Shown: one piece after another, positions 18,556 to 28,655 of the stretch
Position numbering within the stretch: the stretch's first letter is position 1
Layout: each line of letters opens with the position of its first letter
Origin: Oscillospiraceae bacterium
GTDB lineage: Bacteria; Bacillota; Clostridia; UBA1212; SIG427
Length of the DNA: 64,000 nucleotides
Direction: 5' to 3'
Assembly (NCBI GenBank): GCA_015069135.1
Contig: SVJE01000001.1
Location: 291,316 to 355,315, forward strand
Program-made: the position numbers and the translations under genes
Notes under the pieces: generated by a model
Seen by the model: only the letters and a program-made list of their open reading frames with translations
Databases searched by the model: none
What the model was told of the DNA's origin: nothing

Positions 18556-19036
18556 TTAATAATGTAAGTTCAATAGTGCGACATAATCTCTCAAATATGA
18601 CCCTTGCTTATTCTTAAATATATCTTTGTATGATTCATGTTTAGAGAATATTTCTAAAGCAACATCTACTGATATCCACTTAAAAACAAGGTTTCTTGCT
18701 TTTTCTGTTTCAGTTAAATTAACTTTCCCCTGCCCTGTTATTTCACAGGTAAAAAAGTTATTTACATACTTCCATTCATCATAGTACTCATTAAGTATAA
18801 GATAATAATCCTGAGGTTTAATAATATAGCCTGTTTCTTCCTCTATTTCCCTAATTAAACATTCTTCAAGTGTTTCTCCAGGTTCTAATCCACCACCGGG
18901 TGTGGACCAGAAATCTGTGGTTTCTTCATGGGATAAAAGAATCTTATTGTCACAGACAATAATGCCTCTACAACCTTCACGGAATTTCGTATGTACTTTA
19001 AGGTATGTTTCACCATAGATGTTTTTAATTTCCATG
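18556..19036 (-). CDS. NUDIX hydrolase.
   Basis: Nudix box GGGLEPGETLEECLIREIEEETG. Start placed at ATG 19036 (MEIKNIYG) after AAAGGAT. The ORF track starts at a TTG at 19086. Confidence 0.7.
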
Positions 19037-19153
19037 TTAATTTTATCCTTTATATGTTTTAATATTAGGATGATATTATAATACAAATTTTTTTATAAAA
19101 CTACCCAATGAAATTCGTTTAATTAACACTTTATATATGAAAGGAGGTAAAAA

Positions 19154-20694
19154 ATGATAGATTACAGTTTAATTGAAAATTACATTGAAAAATATACGGT
19201 TTTTCTGTTAATCGTACGTATTCTCATGAAGAAGCTGATGAACTTTCTCAGGAAATACTTTTTACCATAGTCAAACAACTTCCCACCTTGAAAGATAAGA
19301 GTAAACTTGAACCTTGGATATGGAGTATTGCAAATAATGTTTCAAACAATTACAGGAGAGTTATAAGCAAACAAAAAGCTATGTATGTCTACCAAATATC
19401 CGATGATTTATTCTATGAAGATACATATTCTCAAGAAACAGAAGAGATATATGATTCTTTACGAACAAAAATTTCAATGTTTTCTGAAAAATACCGTAAC
19501 ATCATTATTTTTTACTATTATGATGGCCTTTCAATTAAAGAAATTTCCGAAAAACTGAATATTCCTGAGGGAACTATAACCTGGAGATTATCGGAAGCTC
19601 GGAATAAATTAAAAAAGGAGTGTTTAAAAATGACAGAAACTGCACTTAGACCCGTAAAATTAAAATTACATATAAACGGGAACGGAAATTATAATGGTAA
19701 AGACAGACCATTCCCAACTACATATATTGAGGATGCTCTATCACAAAATATCTTATTTAACTGTTATGAAGAACCGAAATCTGTTGAAGATTTAGCTAAA
19801 ATTTCCGGTGTTCCCGCATACTACATTGAAGATCGAATTGATAATCTGATAAAACGTGAAGCAATAATTGAACCAGTAAAAAATAAATATCAGACTAACT
19901 TTATTATATTTTCAGATAAACACGGAATATATCATGAAGAAAATGCAGAAAAAATTTTAATGCCAATTATGGATAAACTTTCAGAGGCACTTAAAAATAT
20001 TTCTGAAGATATAAATAAAATAGATTTCTATAAAGCAGAAAAAAGCGAAAAGGATTTATTTTATTTATATGCAATTCTAGCTTTTTCTTATTGTAAAAAC
20101 AAATATTGTACTCTTCCTGAAATAAAAATACCAGAGAAATATGACGGTAATTGTTTTTCGTATTGTGGGACAATCGAAACAGGTAATCATTTCAGAGCAA
20201 GTACCGGCGGACAAAGAAGTTCAATTGAAAAATACAGTCATAGTACATACTATTTTTTAAAAGGACATCCTTATAGACAAATGATGTATGACACATACAT
20301 AAATACCTGCATAGATGTTATTACAACAGGTACGTCTAACGATAAATATGAATTAGCTAATGCTATAAAAGATGGTTATATTATAAAGCGGGATAATGAT
20401 GAATTGTTTGTTCCAATTCCATTTATTACTTATAAAATTAAGACAGAATTAAAGAATATATTCGAGAAACATATTGTTCCATTAATGGATGAATATCAAT
20501 CTTTAGTTATGAAGTATATATCAGGTTACAAGAAAATGTTTCCAAAACATTTAAGTAACGACATTAACTTTAGCTGCAGAGAAATATACCTAGGTTTACT
20601 TAGTGTGGTGATTGATTATATGCAGAATAATGGTGCAATTGAACCGCCAACACCAAATTCCTATTGTGAGGTGCTAATTGAATATAGAAAATAA
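19154..20694 (+). pseudogene. ECF-type sigma-70 factor fused to a ~350-aa C-terminal domain of unknown function. The frame is broken at a T5 run (19200..19204). This is either an authentic frameshift or a homopolymer sequencing error.
   Basis: ATG 19154 sits 7 nt after AAGGAGG. Frame A gives MIDYSLIENYIEKYT and then stops at 19266. The +1 frame continues as GFSVNRTYSHEEADELSQEILFTIVKQLPTLKDKSKLEPWIWSIANNV (sigma region 2). Region 4 follows (YYYDGLSIKEISEKLNIPEGTITWRLSEARNKLKKE), then 340 more residues with no TM. One extra T in the run would restore a 513-aa ORF. Confidence 0.6.
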
Positions 20695-20695
20695 A

Positions 20696-20729
20696 TAAAA
20701 AATCCTTGAGAATTTCTCAAGGATTTTTT
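20696..20729. terminator. Bidirectional terminator between the sigma gene and tRNA-Leu.
   Basis: AAAAAATCCTTGAG-AATTT-CTCAAGGATTTTTT, a perfect hairpin flanked by A- and T-runs. Confidence 0.65.
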
Positions 20730-20816
20730 GGTGCTGGTGACCGGACTTGAACCGGTACGGAGTAAACCTCCGAGGGATTTTAAGTCCCTTGCGTCTGCCG
20801 ATTTCGCCACACCAGC
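20729..20816 (-). tRNA. tRNA-Leu, anticodon UAA, 88 nt including an encoded CCA.
   Basis: The reverse complement reads GCTGGTGTGGCGAAATCGGCAGACGCAAGGGACTTAAAATCCCTCGGAGGTTTACTCCGTACCGGTTCAAGTCCGGTCACCAGCACCA. It has a 7-bp acceptor stem, a CTTAAAA anticodon loop, a long variable arm and a GGTTCAAGTCC T-loop. Confidence 0.9.
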
Positions 20817-20829
20817 GACAACGTTGTAT

Positions 20830-20858
20830 ATTTTACCCTAAAAGCTTATTTGTGTCAA
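20830..20858 (-). promoter_or_regulatory. Promoter for tRNA-Leu: TTGACA-N17-TAAAAT.
   Basis: On the minus strand, TTGACA sits at 20858..20853 and TAAAAT at 20835..20830. The tRNA 5' end lies about 13 nt downstream. Confidence 0.5.
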
Positions 20859-20867
20859 CAACATTTT

Positions 20868-20975
20868 TTAATCATAAATATCTTTTCTATGTCCTACATT
20901 CACTATAAGTATAATTACTTTTTCATCTTCAATTAAAGCAAGCAGTCTATATATGTTTGCCGAAAATTTTCTCAT
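20868..20975 (-). pseudogene. Remnant (C-terminal 35 aa) of a RelE/ParE-family type II toxin.
   Basis: Translates to MRKFSANIYRLLALIEDEKVIILIVNVGHRKDIYD. This matches the conserved RelE/ParE C-terminus (Y-R-I/L...IL..GHRKD-Y). It is too short to be functional. No antitoxin partner is present. Confidence 0.5.
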
Positions 20976-20994
20976 GTAGTATAATGACCACGTT

Positions 20995-21840
20995 ATGGAA
21001 AAAAGAACATTCAATGAAAACTTAAGAATAGCAGCAATTCACGATATATCCTGTATCGGAAGATGTTCACTTACAGTGGCACTTCCTGTTATTTCAAGTA
21101 TGGGAATAGAAACAAATGTAATTCCAACAGCAGTTCTTTCTACTCATACAGGCGAATTTACCGGTTATACATTCAGAGACTTGACCGATGACATTCTTCC
21201 TATCGCAAGGCATTGGAAGTCTTTAAACAGGCATTTTGACGCTTTTTATACAGGTTATTTCGGAAACATCAGTCAATTAAAAATTGCTGAAGAAGTTTTT
21301 TCTCTTTTAGCAGATAAAAACACACTTAAGTTTGTAGATCCTGTAATGGCAGACAACGGTGAACTATATACAAATTTCGACAAAACTTATGTTGGAGAGA
21401 TGAAAAAATTCTGTCAAAAAGCCGATGTTATTATCCCTAATATAACTGAAGCCTGCCTATTGGCTGAAATTGACTACCCTGTAGGCATTCAGACCAAAGA
21501 TTTTATTGAACAGTTATTAAATACCCTTAAATCACTTGGTGTTTCTTACATAATATTAACCGGAGTAAATATATCCTCAGGTTATGGCGCCGCTTGTTTT
21601 GATACGGCAAATGGCAGAATTTCATATTTCTTAAACCCTCATGTAGACGGTTGTTACTATGGAGCCGGTGATACATTAGCTTCTGTATTACTTGGAAAAT
21701 ACTTAACGGGCAACACCATAGAAGATGCTACCCGTTTTGCTGTAGATTTTACATATAAAGCAATTATTAAAACCAAAGAATCCGGTCAGGAAACTAAATA
21801 TGGTTTAGTATTTGAACCTCTTCTTAAGGAATTAAATTAG
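20995..21840 (+). CDS. pdxK: Pyridoxal/pyridoxine/pyridoxamine kinase.
   Basis: The N-terminus RIAAIHDISCIGRCSLTVALPVISSMG aligns with PdxK/PdxY. A GAGD-type motif (YYGAGDTLASV) lies near the C-terminus. Confidence 0.7.
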   Translation: MEKRTFNENLRIAAIHDISCIGRCSLTVALPVISSMGIETNVIPTAVLSTHTGEFTGYTFRDLTDDILPIARHWKSLNRHFDAFYTGYFGNISQLKIAEEVFSLLADKNTLKFVDPVMADNGELYTNFDKTYVGEMKKFCQKADVIIPNITEACLLAEIDYPVGIQTKDFIEQLLNTLKSLGVSYIILTGVNISSGYGAACFDTANGRISYFLNPHVDGCYYGAGDTLASVLLGKYLTGNTIEDATRFAVDFTYKAIIKTKESGQETKYGLVFEPLLKELN

Positions 21841-22811
21841 TCTTCAGTTGAAGTTGGTTCAGTTGTTGCTTCAGAAGTTGATTCAGGTATTGGAGTCTCT
21901 GTTGGTTCATAAGTTAGAATTTCATATAAAAATTCTTTAGCAGTTTCAAGATTATTAGCAGTTCCGCAAATAGCTACATATAGAGTTTTAGGCTGACCTG
22001 CCTCCTCATCATAAAGCCATTCAAGCTTACATGAATCTTTAAAATCATCAAAGTATTTCGTCTCAGTAATATCTATAGCATAAATACCACTTGGTGGACC
22101 GTTTGGTCTACCCTCTTTATCATAAGTGACTTCATAATCAATAACTTTGATTTTATCCTTAAGTTTTAGGAATTTTTCTTCTTTAAGAAGATCATCAAGC
22201 TTATAAAATGCTTTATCATTTTTATATGAATTCCAACCTTCTTCATCCATGAAAATAACATCAATTGCACCTGCAATTAATTGAGTTTCAAACTGCGTTG
22301 CAGCTGTTAAATTCTGTGGTGTATATCCACTTTGAGTTGTAATTGTAAAAAAAGAAGCTGCAGCAGAATCAGAAACTTCTGATTTATCTGAAATTTTCAT
22401 GCTGAAATCTGCTTCATTTAAAGTATCAAAAGAACCTATGAACTTAATATTCAAATCATATACAGTAACAGTATTCATCTGAACAATTGTCATAATACCA
22501 AGACCAACTACAACTACAACTATAATCCATACCAGTCTGTATTGTTCAAACAACGTGGCTATTTTACCAAAAAATCTTCTTACAGAATAAGGAATAACAG
22601 AAGTAGGATTATCATCCATATTTTTAGGATCTATTCCTTTAATTCTATAATATGCTTCAGTAATGGTCTGGTAATATTTAGCATCTTCATCCATAACACC
22701 ATGTTCATCTGTTCTGGCTTTATACTGTTTTATAAGTACACCATATTTTCTATCAACAACATCCTTTGGTGCATTTTCCGGCAATCCAAGTATTTCGTAA
22801 TCTGATTTCAT
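21837..22811 (-). CDS. Membrane protein with a degenerate J-domain-like N-terminus, one TM segment, and an extracytoplasmic domain ending in a Thr/Glu/Pro-rich tail.
   Basis: DYEILGLPENAPKDVVDRKYGVLIKQY resembles a DnaJ J-domain but lacks the HPD tripeptide. TM segment LVWIIVVVVVGLGIMTIV. Tail EPTETPIPESTSEATTEPTSTED. Confidence 0.45.
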   Translation of the reverse strand: MKSDYEILGLPENAPKDVVDRKYGVLIKQYKARTDEHGVMDEDAKYYQTITEAYYRIKGIDPKNMDDNPTSVIPYSVRRFFGKIATLFEQYRLVWIIVVVVVGLGIMTIVQMNTVTVYDLNIKFIGSFDTLNEADFSMKISDKSEVSDSAAASFFTITTQSGYTPQNLTAATQFETQLIAGAIDVIFMDEEGWNSYKNDKAFYKLDDLLKEEKFLKLKDKIKVIDYEVTYDKEGRPNGPPSGIYAIDITETKYFDDFKDSCKLEWLYDEEAGQPKTLYVAICGTANNLETAKEFLYEILTYEPTETPIPESTSEATTEPTSTED

Positions 22812-22880
22812 GTAAAATCTCCTAAAAAATTGTATAACACATTATACCCGATTTAAACAAGTATAACAAGAAACATATAG

Positions 22881-23318
22881 TTACTCTTTTTTCATTTCCA
22901 TATACGGAAGAACCTCAAAACCGTTCTTTTTATAAACATTAACTGCTATTTCGTTTTCTTCTTCAACTTCCAAACGAATAATGGCTTCCGGATATTTATC
23001 CGAAATAAACTTAATGAATTCACTTCCGATTCCAATGCCTCTGAATTGTTCTTTTATATAAATATCCTCAATCCATATACAAGGTTTCCCAAACTCAGTA
23101 GAAAAGCTTTTAGCAACCATTCCGTAACCTTGAATTTCATTTTTATCTTCAAAAATATAACCTTCAAGATATGGATTATCATTTATACAATTTTCAATAT
23201 CACTTAAAAATATCTCTTCAGAACCATTAGTAAAAACTGCAGGAGAAGAATAAAACTCTCTCATCATCTCCAGGACTAAAACTTTGTCCTTATTTTTTAT
23301 ATATCTTATCAAACTCAT
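22881..23318 (-). CDS. GNAT-family N-acetyltransferase.
   Basis: 145 aa. Acetyl-CoA motif RGIGIGSEFIKFI. Confidence 0.65.
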   Translation of the reverse strand: MSLIRYIKNKDKVLVLEMMREFYSSPAVFTNGSEEIFLSDIENCINDNPYLEGYIFEDKNEIQGYGMVAKSFSTEFGKPCIWIEDIYIKEQFRGIGIGSEFIKFISDKYPEAIIRLEVEEENEIAVNVYKKNGFEVLPYMEMKKE

Positions 23319-25464
23319 ATTCTCCTCTTGTAAGTTTCATTTCATCACCATCAAGTATAAGTGTTGCCTCATTCGGAACTGTAAATCTATATGTAATTTT
23401 ACCGTCAGAAATATCCCAACGTGACTTAACAACACCATATGCTGTTTCGATTCCTGATTCAGCGTATGTTAATCTTGAATCAGGTTTCGGGCAGAGAATT
23501 ACATTTTCAAAACCTGGTTTCTTTTCATCAATTTTAATACCACAAACAGTTTCATACATCCATGATGCTACAGAACCATAAGCATAATGATTAAAAGAGT
23601 TCATATCAACACTCCACATGGATCCGTCTGCTTTAAGACTATCCCAATGTTCCCAAATTGTTGTAGCACCCATATTAACCGAAAATAACCATGATGGATA
23701 TTCCTCCTGTAACAATAACGTATACGCAAGATCTGTGTATCCATTGTCTGACAATGCAAATAACAAATATGGTGTTCCTACAAAACCCGTAGTTAATCTG
23801 TTTCCGTTATTTTTAACCAGTTCAGCAAGTTTATCTGCTGTTTTTTGAGGATGATCTGTCAGGTTAAAATGTAATGCTAACACACATTCAGTTTGTGTGT
23901 TGAAATTTCCGTCAAATTTCCTCTTAAAAGCTCCGACAATTTTCTTGTTAAGTTCTTTGTAATATGTAGAATCTTCGTCTAAAACATCAAGAATTTTAGC
24001 TAATAATCCAGTTGAATATGCGTAAAAAGCCGATGCCACCAAATCATGATTTGATGCGCTCTGTAAACTTCCTTCAGCTCCGTCCATACCAAGCCAATCG
24101 CCAAACTGAATATGTCCAAGCCACAAATATTCTTCAGGTCCGCTTTGATGCATATATTCAACCCAAGCCTTCATACTATCAAGTTGCTCACTTAAAACTT
24201 CTTTATCGTTATATGTAAGATAAATATACCAGGGACAAACAACAGCCGCATCACCCCATGCTGCGCCTGTAGCCATTTGCTGGTGAGTAATTACTACAGG
24301 AATTACATTAGGTACTGCACCTGAATAATCCTGGCCTGCTGCTAAATCTTTAAGCCATTTTTTAAAGAATGTACGAACATCAAAATTATATGCAGCAGTC
24401 TTTACAAAAACCTGCGCATCACCTGTCCAACCAAGTCTTTCATCTCTCTGAGGACAGTCTGTGGGAATATCAAGGAAATTACCTTTCTGACTCCAGATGG
24501 AATTTTCATAAAGTTTATTCACTTTTTCATCAGAACATTTAAAGTACCCTGTTCTTTTGATATCAGAATGTACTACGATTGCTTTAAAATTCTCTTTAGT
24601 TACATATTTCTGACCATCTTCAACACGGATATATCTGAATCCCATAAATGTATGATGAGGCTTATATGTTTGGATACCGTCTTTACAATAATATTCAATT
24701 TTCTGTTTTGCACTTCTTAAGTTATCAGTGTAGAAATTACCGTCTTTATCAAGAACTTCAGCATGAGTATATACAATCTTATCTTCTTTACATCCGTTAA
24801 TGGTAAAAGATACATATCCGGTCATATTCTGACCAAAATCTACAACCAATTCACCTTTGGGAGTATAAAAAATATCGTTTGGTAAAATGGTTTCATGTTC
24901 AATTACAAAAGGACCTTCCTGAGGTATAAGATTTTCTTTGTTAGAATAGAGTATTTCACAATTTTCTACGGGCAAAGGTTCATAATCTGCCACATACTCT
25001 TCACCATCATAAATTTCGCTGAATCTAATATTACTCCAACAATATTTCCACTCATTGTCAGTAATTAAAATTTCTTTTGTGCCATCTTCATATTCAAAAT
25101 CTATTGCAGCAATAAAAGCAGTTTGTCTTCCATAAATATTTTTGTATCTCCAACCTACCAGTTGACCTCTATACCAACCTTTTCCCACAGTTACATCAAT
25201 AACATTACTCTCTTTAAGCAAAGAAGTAATATCATATTCCTGGTACTGGTGTCTTTTATCATACTGAGTCCAACCGGGAGCCATAATGAAGTTGCCTACC
25301 CTTTTACCATTAAGAGTAGCTTCATAAACACCCATAGCCGTAATATACATAATCGCCTTTTTTACAGGCTTTTTTATTACAAATTCTCTTCTGAACAGAG
25401 GAACAACTTCCTCTTTCATATCATATTTAGGTCTTATCCAATTTGCTCTTTTAATAATTGACAT
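23290..25464 (-). CDS. Alpha-L-rhamnosidase (GH78), intracellular.
   Basis: 724 aa with no signal peptide. N-terminus WIRPKYD...LFRREFVIKKPVKKAIMYITAMGVYEATLNGKRVGN...APGWTQY is typical of the bacterial rhamnosidase N-domain. (alpha/alpha)6 catalytic region with DCPQRDERLGWTGD. Confidence 0.7.
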   Translation of the reverse strand: MSIIKRANWIRPKYDMKEEVVPLFRREFVIKKPVKKAIMYITAMGVYEATLNGKRVGNFIMAPGWTQYDKRHQYQEYDITSLLKESNVIDVTVGKGWYRGQLVGWRYKNIYGRQTAFIAAIDFEYEDGTKEILITDNEWKYCWSNIRFSEIYDGEEYVADYEPLPVENCEILYSNKENLIPQEGPFVIEHETILPNDIFYTPKGELVVDFGQNMTGYVSFTINGCKEDKIVYTHAEVLDKDGNFYTDNLRSAKQKIEYYCKDGIQTYKPHHTFMGFRYIRVEDGQKYVTKENFKAIVVHSDIKRTGYFKCSDEKVNKLYENSIWSQKGNFLDIPTDCPQRDERLGWTGDAQVFVKTAAYNFDVRTFFKKWLKDLAAGQDYSGAVPNVIPVVITHQQMATGAAWGDAAVVCPWYIYLTYNDKEVLSEQLDSMKAWVEYMHQSGPEEYLWLGHIQFGDWLGMDGAEGSLQSASNHDLVASAFYAYSTGLLAKILDVLDEDSTYYKELNKKIVGAFKRKFDGNFNTQTECVLALHFNLTDHPQKTADKLAELVKNNGNRLTTGFVGTPYLLFALSDNGYTDLAYTLLLQEEYPSWLFSVNMGATTIWEHWDSLKADGSMWSVDMNSFNHYAYGSVASWMYETVCGIKIDEKKPGFENVILCPKPDSRLTYAESGIETAYGVVKSRWDISDGKITYRFTVPNEATLILDGDEMKLTRGEYEFDKIYKK

Positions 25465-26261
25465 CAGAATTTTCCTCCACTACCCCCATGACTTCTTCCG
25501 GAAGAAGATGTATGGGTACTTGATGATGTATTTTTAGGTTTAGAAGTTCGCCGTATATTTCTATAAAGGAAAATATCTCTGGAACGTGTAATATTCATGC
25601 TTCCGTCTTTTATGTACTCATGAGCCTCTGTTTTCGAATAGACAGATTTAAGTTTATGCTTCATTACTGCAGTTGCTATAAATGCAACAATAAAGCCAAT
25701 TACTAATGAAATCAGGAAGTAAATCACTAAATCAAATACATCTTTAGGAAGATTGTTGTAGTCATATGGTTCTCCGGTTTTTGCCTGAGTTATAAAATCA
25801 TCACATAGTGAAGCATATGAATCAAAGGCAAAATAAAACATATCATCACTTAAAAAATTTAAAAGCTCTTCAGATATGTATTCAATTCCTGCATCGGTAA
25901 ATGCTGTAATTCCAAATCCGCTGGTTGAAATCCACCAATCCCGTGCTTCCATACTTATTAGCAAAAGAATACCATCATCCCTATACCCATGATAATCATA
26001 GAAATCATCAGCGTATTCCATGGGAGAATATCCTTCAAGGCTGTTTGTTGTAATAATTACAACATCCATGCCCTGTCGTTCACTGATTTCCTCAAGCTGA
26101 GAAAGAATATCAGATTCTTCAAAATCGTCAAGTAAATTCGCACTATCTATCAGAAGAGGAGTATCAACAGATAGATCATCTAGATCGGAAGAAAAAACAG
26201 GTACAATAAAAAGGAATGAAAATACAATTACAAATAATAAAGAAAAAATCTTACGTTTCAT
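25464..26261 (-). CDS. TPM-domain (YgcG/YdjH-like) membrane protein with a Gly/Ser-rich C-terminal tail.
   Basis: Signal/TM segment, then TPM-like LIDSANLLDDFEESDILSQLEEISERQGMDVVIITTNSLEG, one TM segment, and tail SSSTHTSSSGRSHGGSGGKF. Confidence 0.6.
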   Translation of the reverse strand: MKRKIFSLLFVIVFSFLFIVPVFSSDLDDLSVDTPLLIDSANLLDDFEESDILSQLEEISERQGMDVVIITTNSLEGYSPMEYADDFYDYHGYRDDGILLLISMEARDWWISTSGFGITAFTDAGIEYISEELLNFLSDDMFYFAFDSYASLCDDFITQAKTGEPYDYNNLPKDVFDLVIYFLISLVIGFIVAFIATAVMKHKLKSVYSKTEAHEYIKDGSMNITRSRDIFLYRNIRRTSKPKNTSSSTHTSSSGRSHGGSGGKF

Positions 26262-26273
26262 TCTTTTTACCTC

Positions 26274-27359
26274 CTAAATAAGCCATATTAATGTCAGTAA
26301 AGCAAAGACACCGGCAGTAATTGCACCGGTTAAGCCCCAAAGCCATTTTCTATAGGCCTTCTTATCCATCGGAAGTTCACCTACAAACTTTCCTGTTTGC
26401 CCATTCATAGCAAAAGTATATTTCTTGCCCTCCCATGTTGTATTTAAAAGCCATACCGGATAAAGAGCATATTTAACACTGTTATTGTGTAACTTTATGC
26501 CTATAAATTCAGGCACTAACGAAGAATATCCTTCAATTGTTGATGCAAAGGCTTCCTGAGAACTTTGTCTAATTCTGTCATTTGCGATTTTTTCACTATC
26601 ATTAGAATCAACATCATATTTATCAGCAAAATAACCTGCAAGATAAGCAGTCTTAAAATCAACTGCCTCTGAAATATCAAATGGTTCAATGGATTCCATC
26701 AAATCATTTGCAAGTTTAGAAGAACCATCAACCGGCACAGAATTAAATCCAATACCACCTTCTCTGGCAACTGCAAAATAACTTGTTTCAGTATAATTAT
26801 AATTGCTGTCACTCCACATTCTAACCTTAGAGGCCTTGTATCTGATGTTAACATCAGCATCTGCATCAAAGATCCAAAACGGAACATATATTCCCTTTAT
26901 TTCGTCCAGACGATTTTCTTCCTTAAATGATTTAGGAAGGAGTTTTTTTCCCTCATAATGTTTCTTCAGAGCTTCTTTAGCAGCCTTTTTATCCAACTTG
27001 AAAGGGATAACTAAATCAGGTTTTAAACTTCCTGATATCTTACCACTGATAACAACCGGATTCCCGCAAAAAGGACAAGACGTGGCAACTGTATTATGGT
27101 CACCAACAATTTCTCCACCACATGATTTACATATGTAAGAACAAATATTATCTTCTTCATCTTCTTGCCACTTTGTTTCTGATGATTTGTTCCAAGATAT
27201 TGTTTCTTCAACTTCAGATTTTAACTGCTCATCATATTCTTTTAGAACATCAATTTCAAATTCAGTATCACAATAAGGACATTTCATTTTCTGTAATGAA
27301 CTGTCAAAACCAATTGCACCACCACAACATGGGCATTTATATTCAAATATCTCAGCCAT
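26274..27359 (-). CDS. Double zinc-ribbon membrane protein (Bacillus YdjG-like).
   Basis: N-terminal CPCCGG...CPYCD and CKSCGG...CPFCGN ribbons. C-terminal TM anchor LWGLTGAITAGVFALLTLIWLI. Confidence 0.55.
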   Translation of the reverse strand: MAEIFEYKCPCCGGAIGFDSSLQKMKCPYCDTEFEIDVLKEYDEQLKSEVEETISWNKSSETKWQEDEEDNICSYICKSCGGEIVGDHNTVATSCPFCGNPVVISGKISGSLKPDLVIPFKLDKKAAKEALKKHYEGKKLLPKSFKEENRLDEIKGIYVPFWIFDADADVNIRYKASKVRMWSDSNYNYTETSYFAVAREGGIGFNSVPVDGSSKLANDLMESIEPFDISEAVDFKTAYLAGYFADKYDVDSNDSEKIANDRIRQSSQEAFASTIEGYSSLVPEFIGIKLHNNSVKYALYPVWLLNTTWEGKKYTFAMNGQTGKFVGELPMDKKAYRKWLWGLTGAITAGVFALLTLIWLI

Positions 27360-28653
27360 TTATATCATCCTCAGTAAAAGGGTCTCCGCATTCAGGGCAG
27401 AATTTTGGTGGATTAGCAGGATTTTCAGGTTGCCATCCACATTTGTCGCAAATGTATACAAGTGCACCAGCAGGTCTCTTTTTGCCACAATTTTCGCAGA
27501 ATTTGCCTTTATTTACCAAACCGCAATCACAATTCCAGCCTTCTACGGGTTTCTTTGCTCCACATTCAGGACAAAAATTACCTTTTGCTAAAGTTCCACA
27601 GGAACATTTCCAGCTATCTAAATCAACAGAACTCTGTTTATTATTCTGCTGTCCCATAGCGTAAAGATTTTGTGCATTAGTACCACCGGCATTCATAGCC
27701 ATACCCATTCCCATAAAACCTGTCATAGCACCATTTTCGTTATTAGCTGCAGCTTTCATTGCATCTGCCTGAGCACCTGTTAATGTAGCAGCTGCCATTG
27801 TTGGATCACGAAGTATAGCAACTCGTTGTGCCTCTTTAATCATTTCTGCATCTTCTTCAGGCAATGTTACTGAACCTAAAGCAATGCTTACAATTTTAAG
27901 ACCTCTTAATTCTTCCCACTTTGAAGATAATGCTGCATTCATTGCACTTTCAAGTTCTGTAGTATGGGTAACAATCTGATTAGGTCTTAATTCAAGATCA
28001 GACATTTTACCAAAAGCAGGCTGTAATGCACTTATAAATTCTGTTTTAAGCTGACTGTCAAGTTCATCTCTTGTGTATTCGAATTCAACATTTCCGCATA
28101 CATTTGTGTAGAAAAGTAATGGGTTTACAATTTTATACGAATAAACTCCGGAACATCTGACTGATACATCTATATCAAGACCAATCTTCTTATCAACCAC
28201 ACGGAATGGAATCGGATTAGGTGTTCCAAATTTATTATCAATAAGTTCTTTTGTGTTAAAATAGTAAACTCGCTGATCTTTACCGGCATCTCCACCCATA
28301 GTGAAACGTTTACCGATATTCTTAAATGTATCTATAATACTCTGACCAAGTGAACCGGCGAAAATAGATGGTTCACTTGAGGTATCATATGTAAACTGAC
28401 CAGGTTCAGCACAAACTTCAACAACTTTACCCTGCTCAACAATAATCATACACTGTCCATCAGCAACAGCAATACCGGAACCATTTGAGATTACATTATC
28501 ACTACCCTTTGTATTGGAAGAACGATCACTTACTCTTTTCTGGCCCTTCTTTACCATTACTTCTTTATCCATTGCATCACAATAGAAAAACTCTTTCCAC
28601 TGATCTGCTAACACACCGCCTATAGCACCTATTCCTGCTTTAATAAGACCCAT
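27352..28653 (-). CDS. SPFH/band-7 (flotillin/YdjI-like) protein with a C-terminal array of four CxxC zinc-ribbon motifs.
   Basis: N-terminal amphipathic MGLIKAGIGAIGGVLADQW. SPFH core. Ala/Met/Gly-rich linker. Tail CSCG..CPECG..CDCG..CENCG..CDKCG..CPECG. Overlaps the next gene by 8 nt. Confidence 0.65.
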   Translation of the reverse strand: MGLIKAGIGAIGGVLADQWKEFFYCDAMDKEVMVKKGQKRVSDRSSNTKGSDNVISNGSGIAVADGQCMIIVEQGKVVEVCAEPGQFTYDTSSEPSIFAGSLGQSIIDTFKNIGKRFTMGGDAGKDQRVYYFNTKELIDNKFGTPNPIPFRVVDKKIGLDIDVSVRCSGVYSYKIVNPLLFYTNVCGNVEFEYTRDELDSQLKTEFISALQPAFGKMSDLELRPNQIVTHTTELESAMNAALSSKWEELRGLKIVSIALGSVTLPEEDAEMIKEAQRVAILRDPTMAAATLTGAQADAMKAAANNENGAMTGFMGMGMAMNAGGTNAQNLYAMGQQNNKQSSVDLDSWKCSCGTLAKGNFCPECGAKKPVEGWNCDCGLVNKGKFCENCGKKRPAGALVYICDKCGWQPENPANPPKFCPECGDPFTEDDING

Positions 28654-28655
28654 AA

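Noticed and set aside
18332-18617. 75-aa and 61-aa + strand ORFs
   Set aside because: They are antisense to the nagA 5' end and the nagA-NUDIX spacer, and are hydrophobic and AT-driven.
19036-19086. TTG-initiated N-terminal extension of the NUDIX gene, plus similar TTG starts at 1635, 49054 and 61022
   Set aside because: The ORF track accepts alternative starts. In each case a downstream ATG with a proper RBS gives a protein matching the family N-terminus.
27122-27664. 180-aa + strand ORF spanning the SPFH and zinc-ribbon gene junction
   Set aside because: It is antisense to two well-supported genes and has a low-complexity His/Gln/Leu-rich translation.
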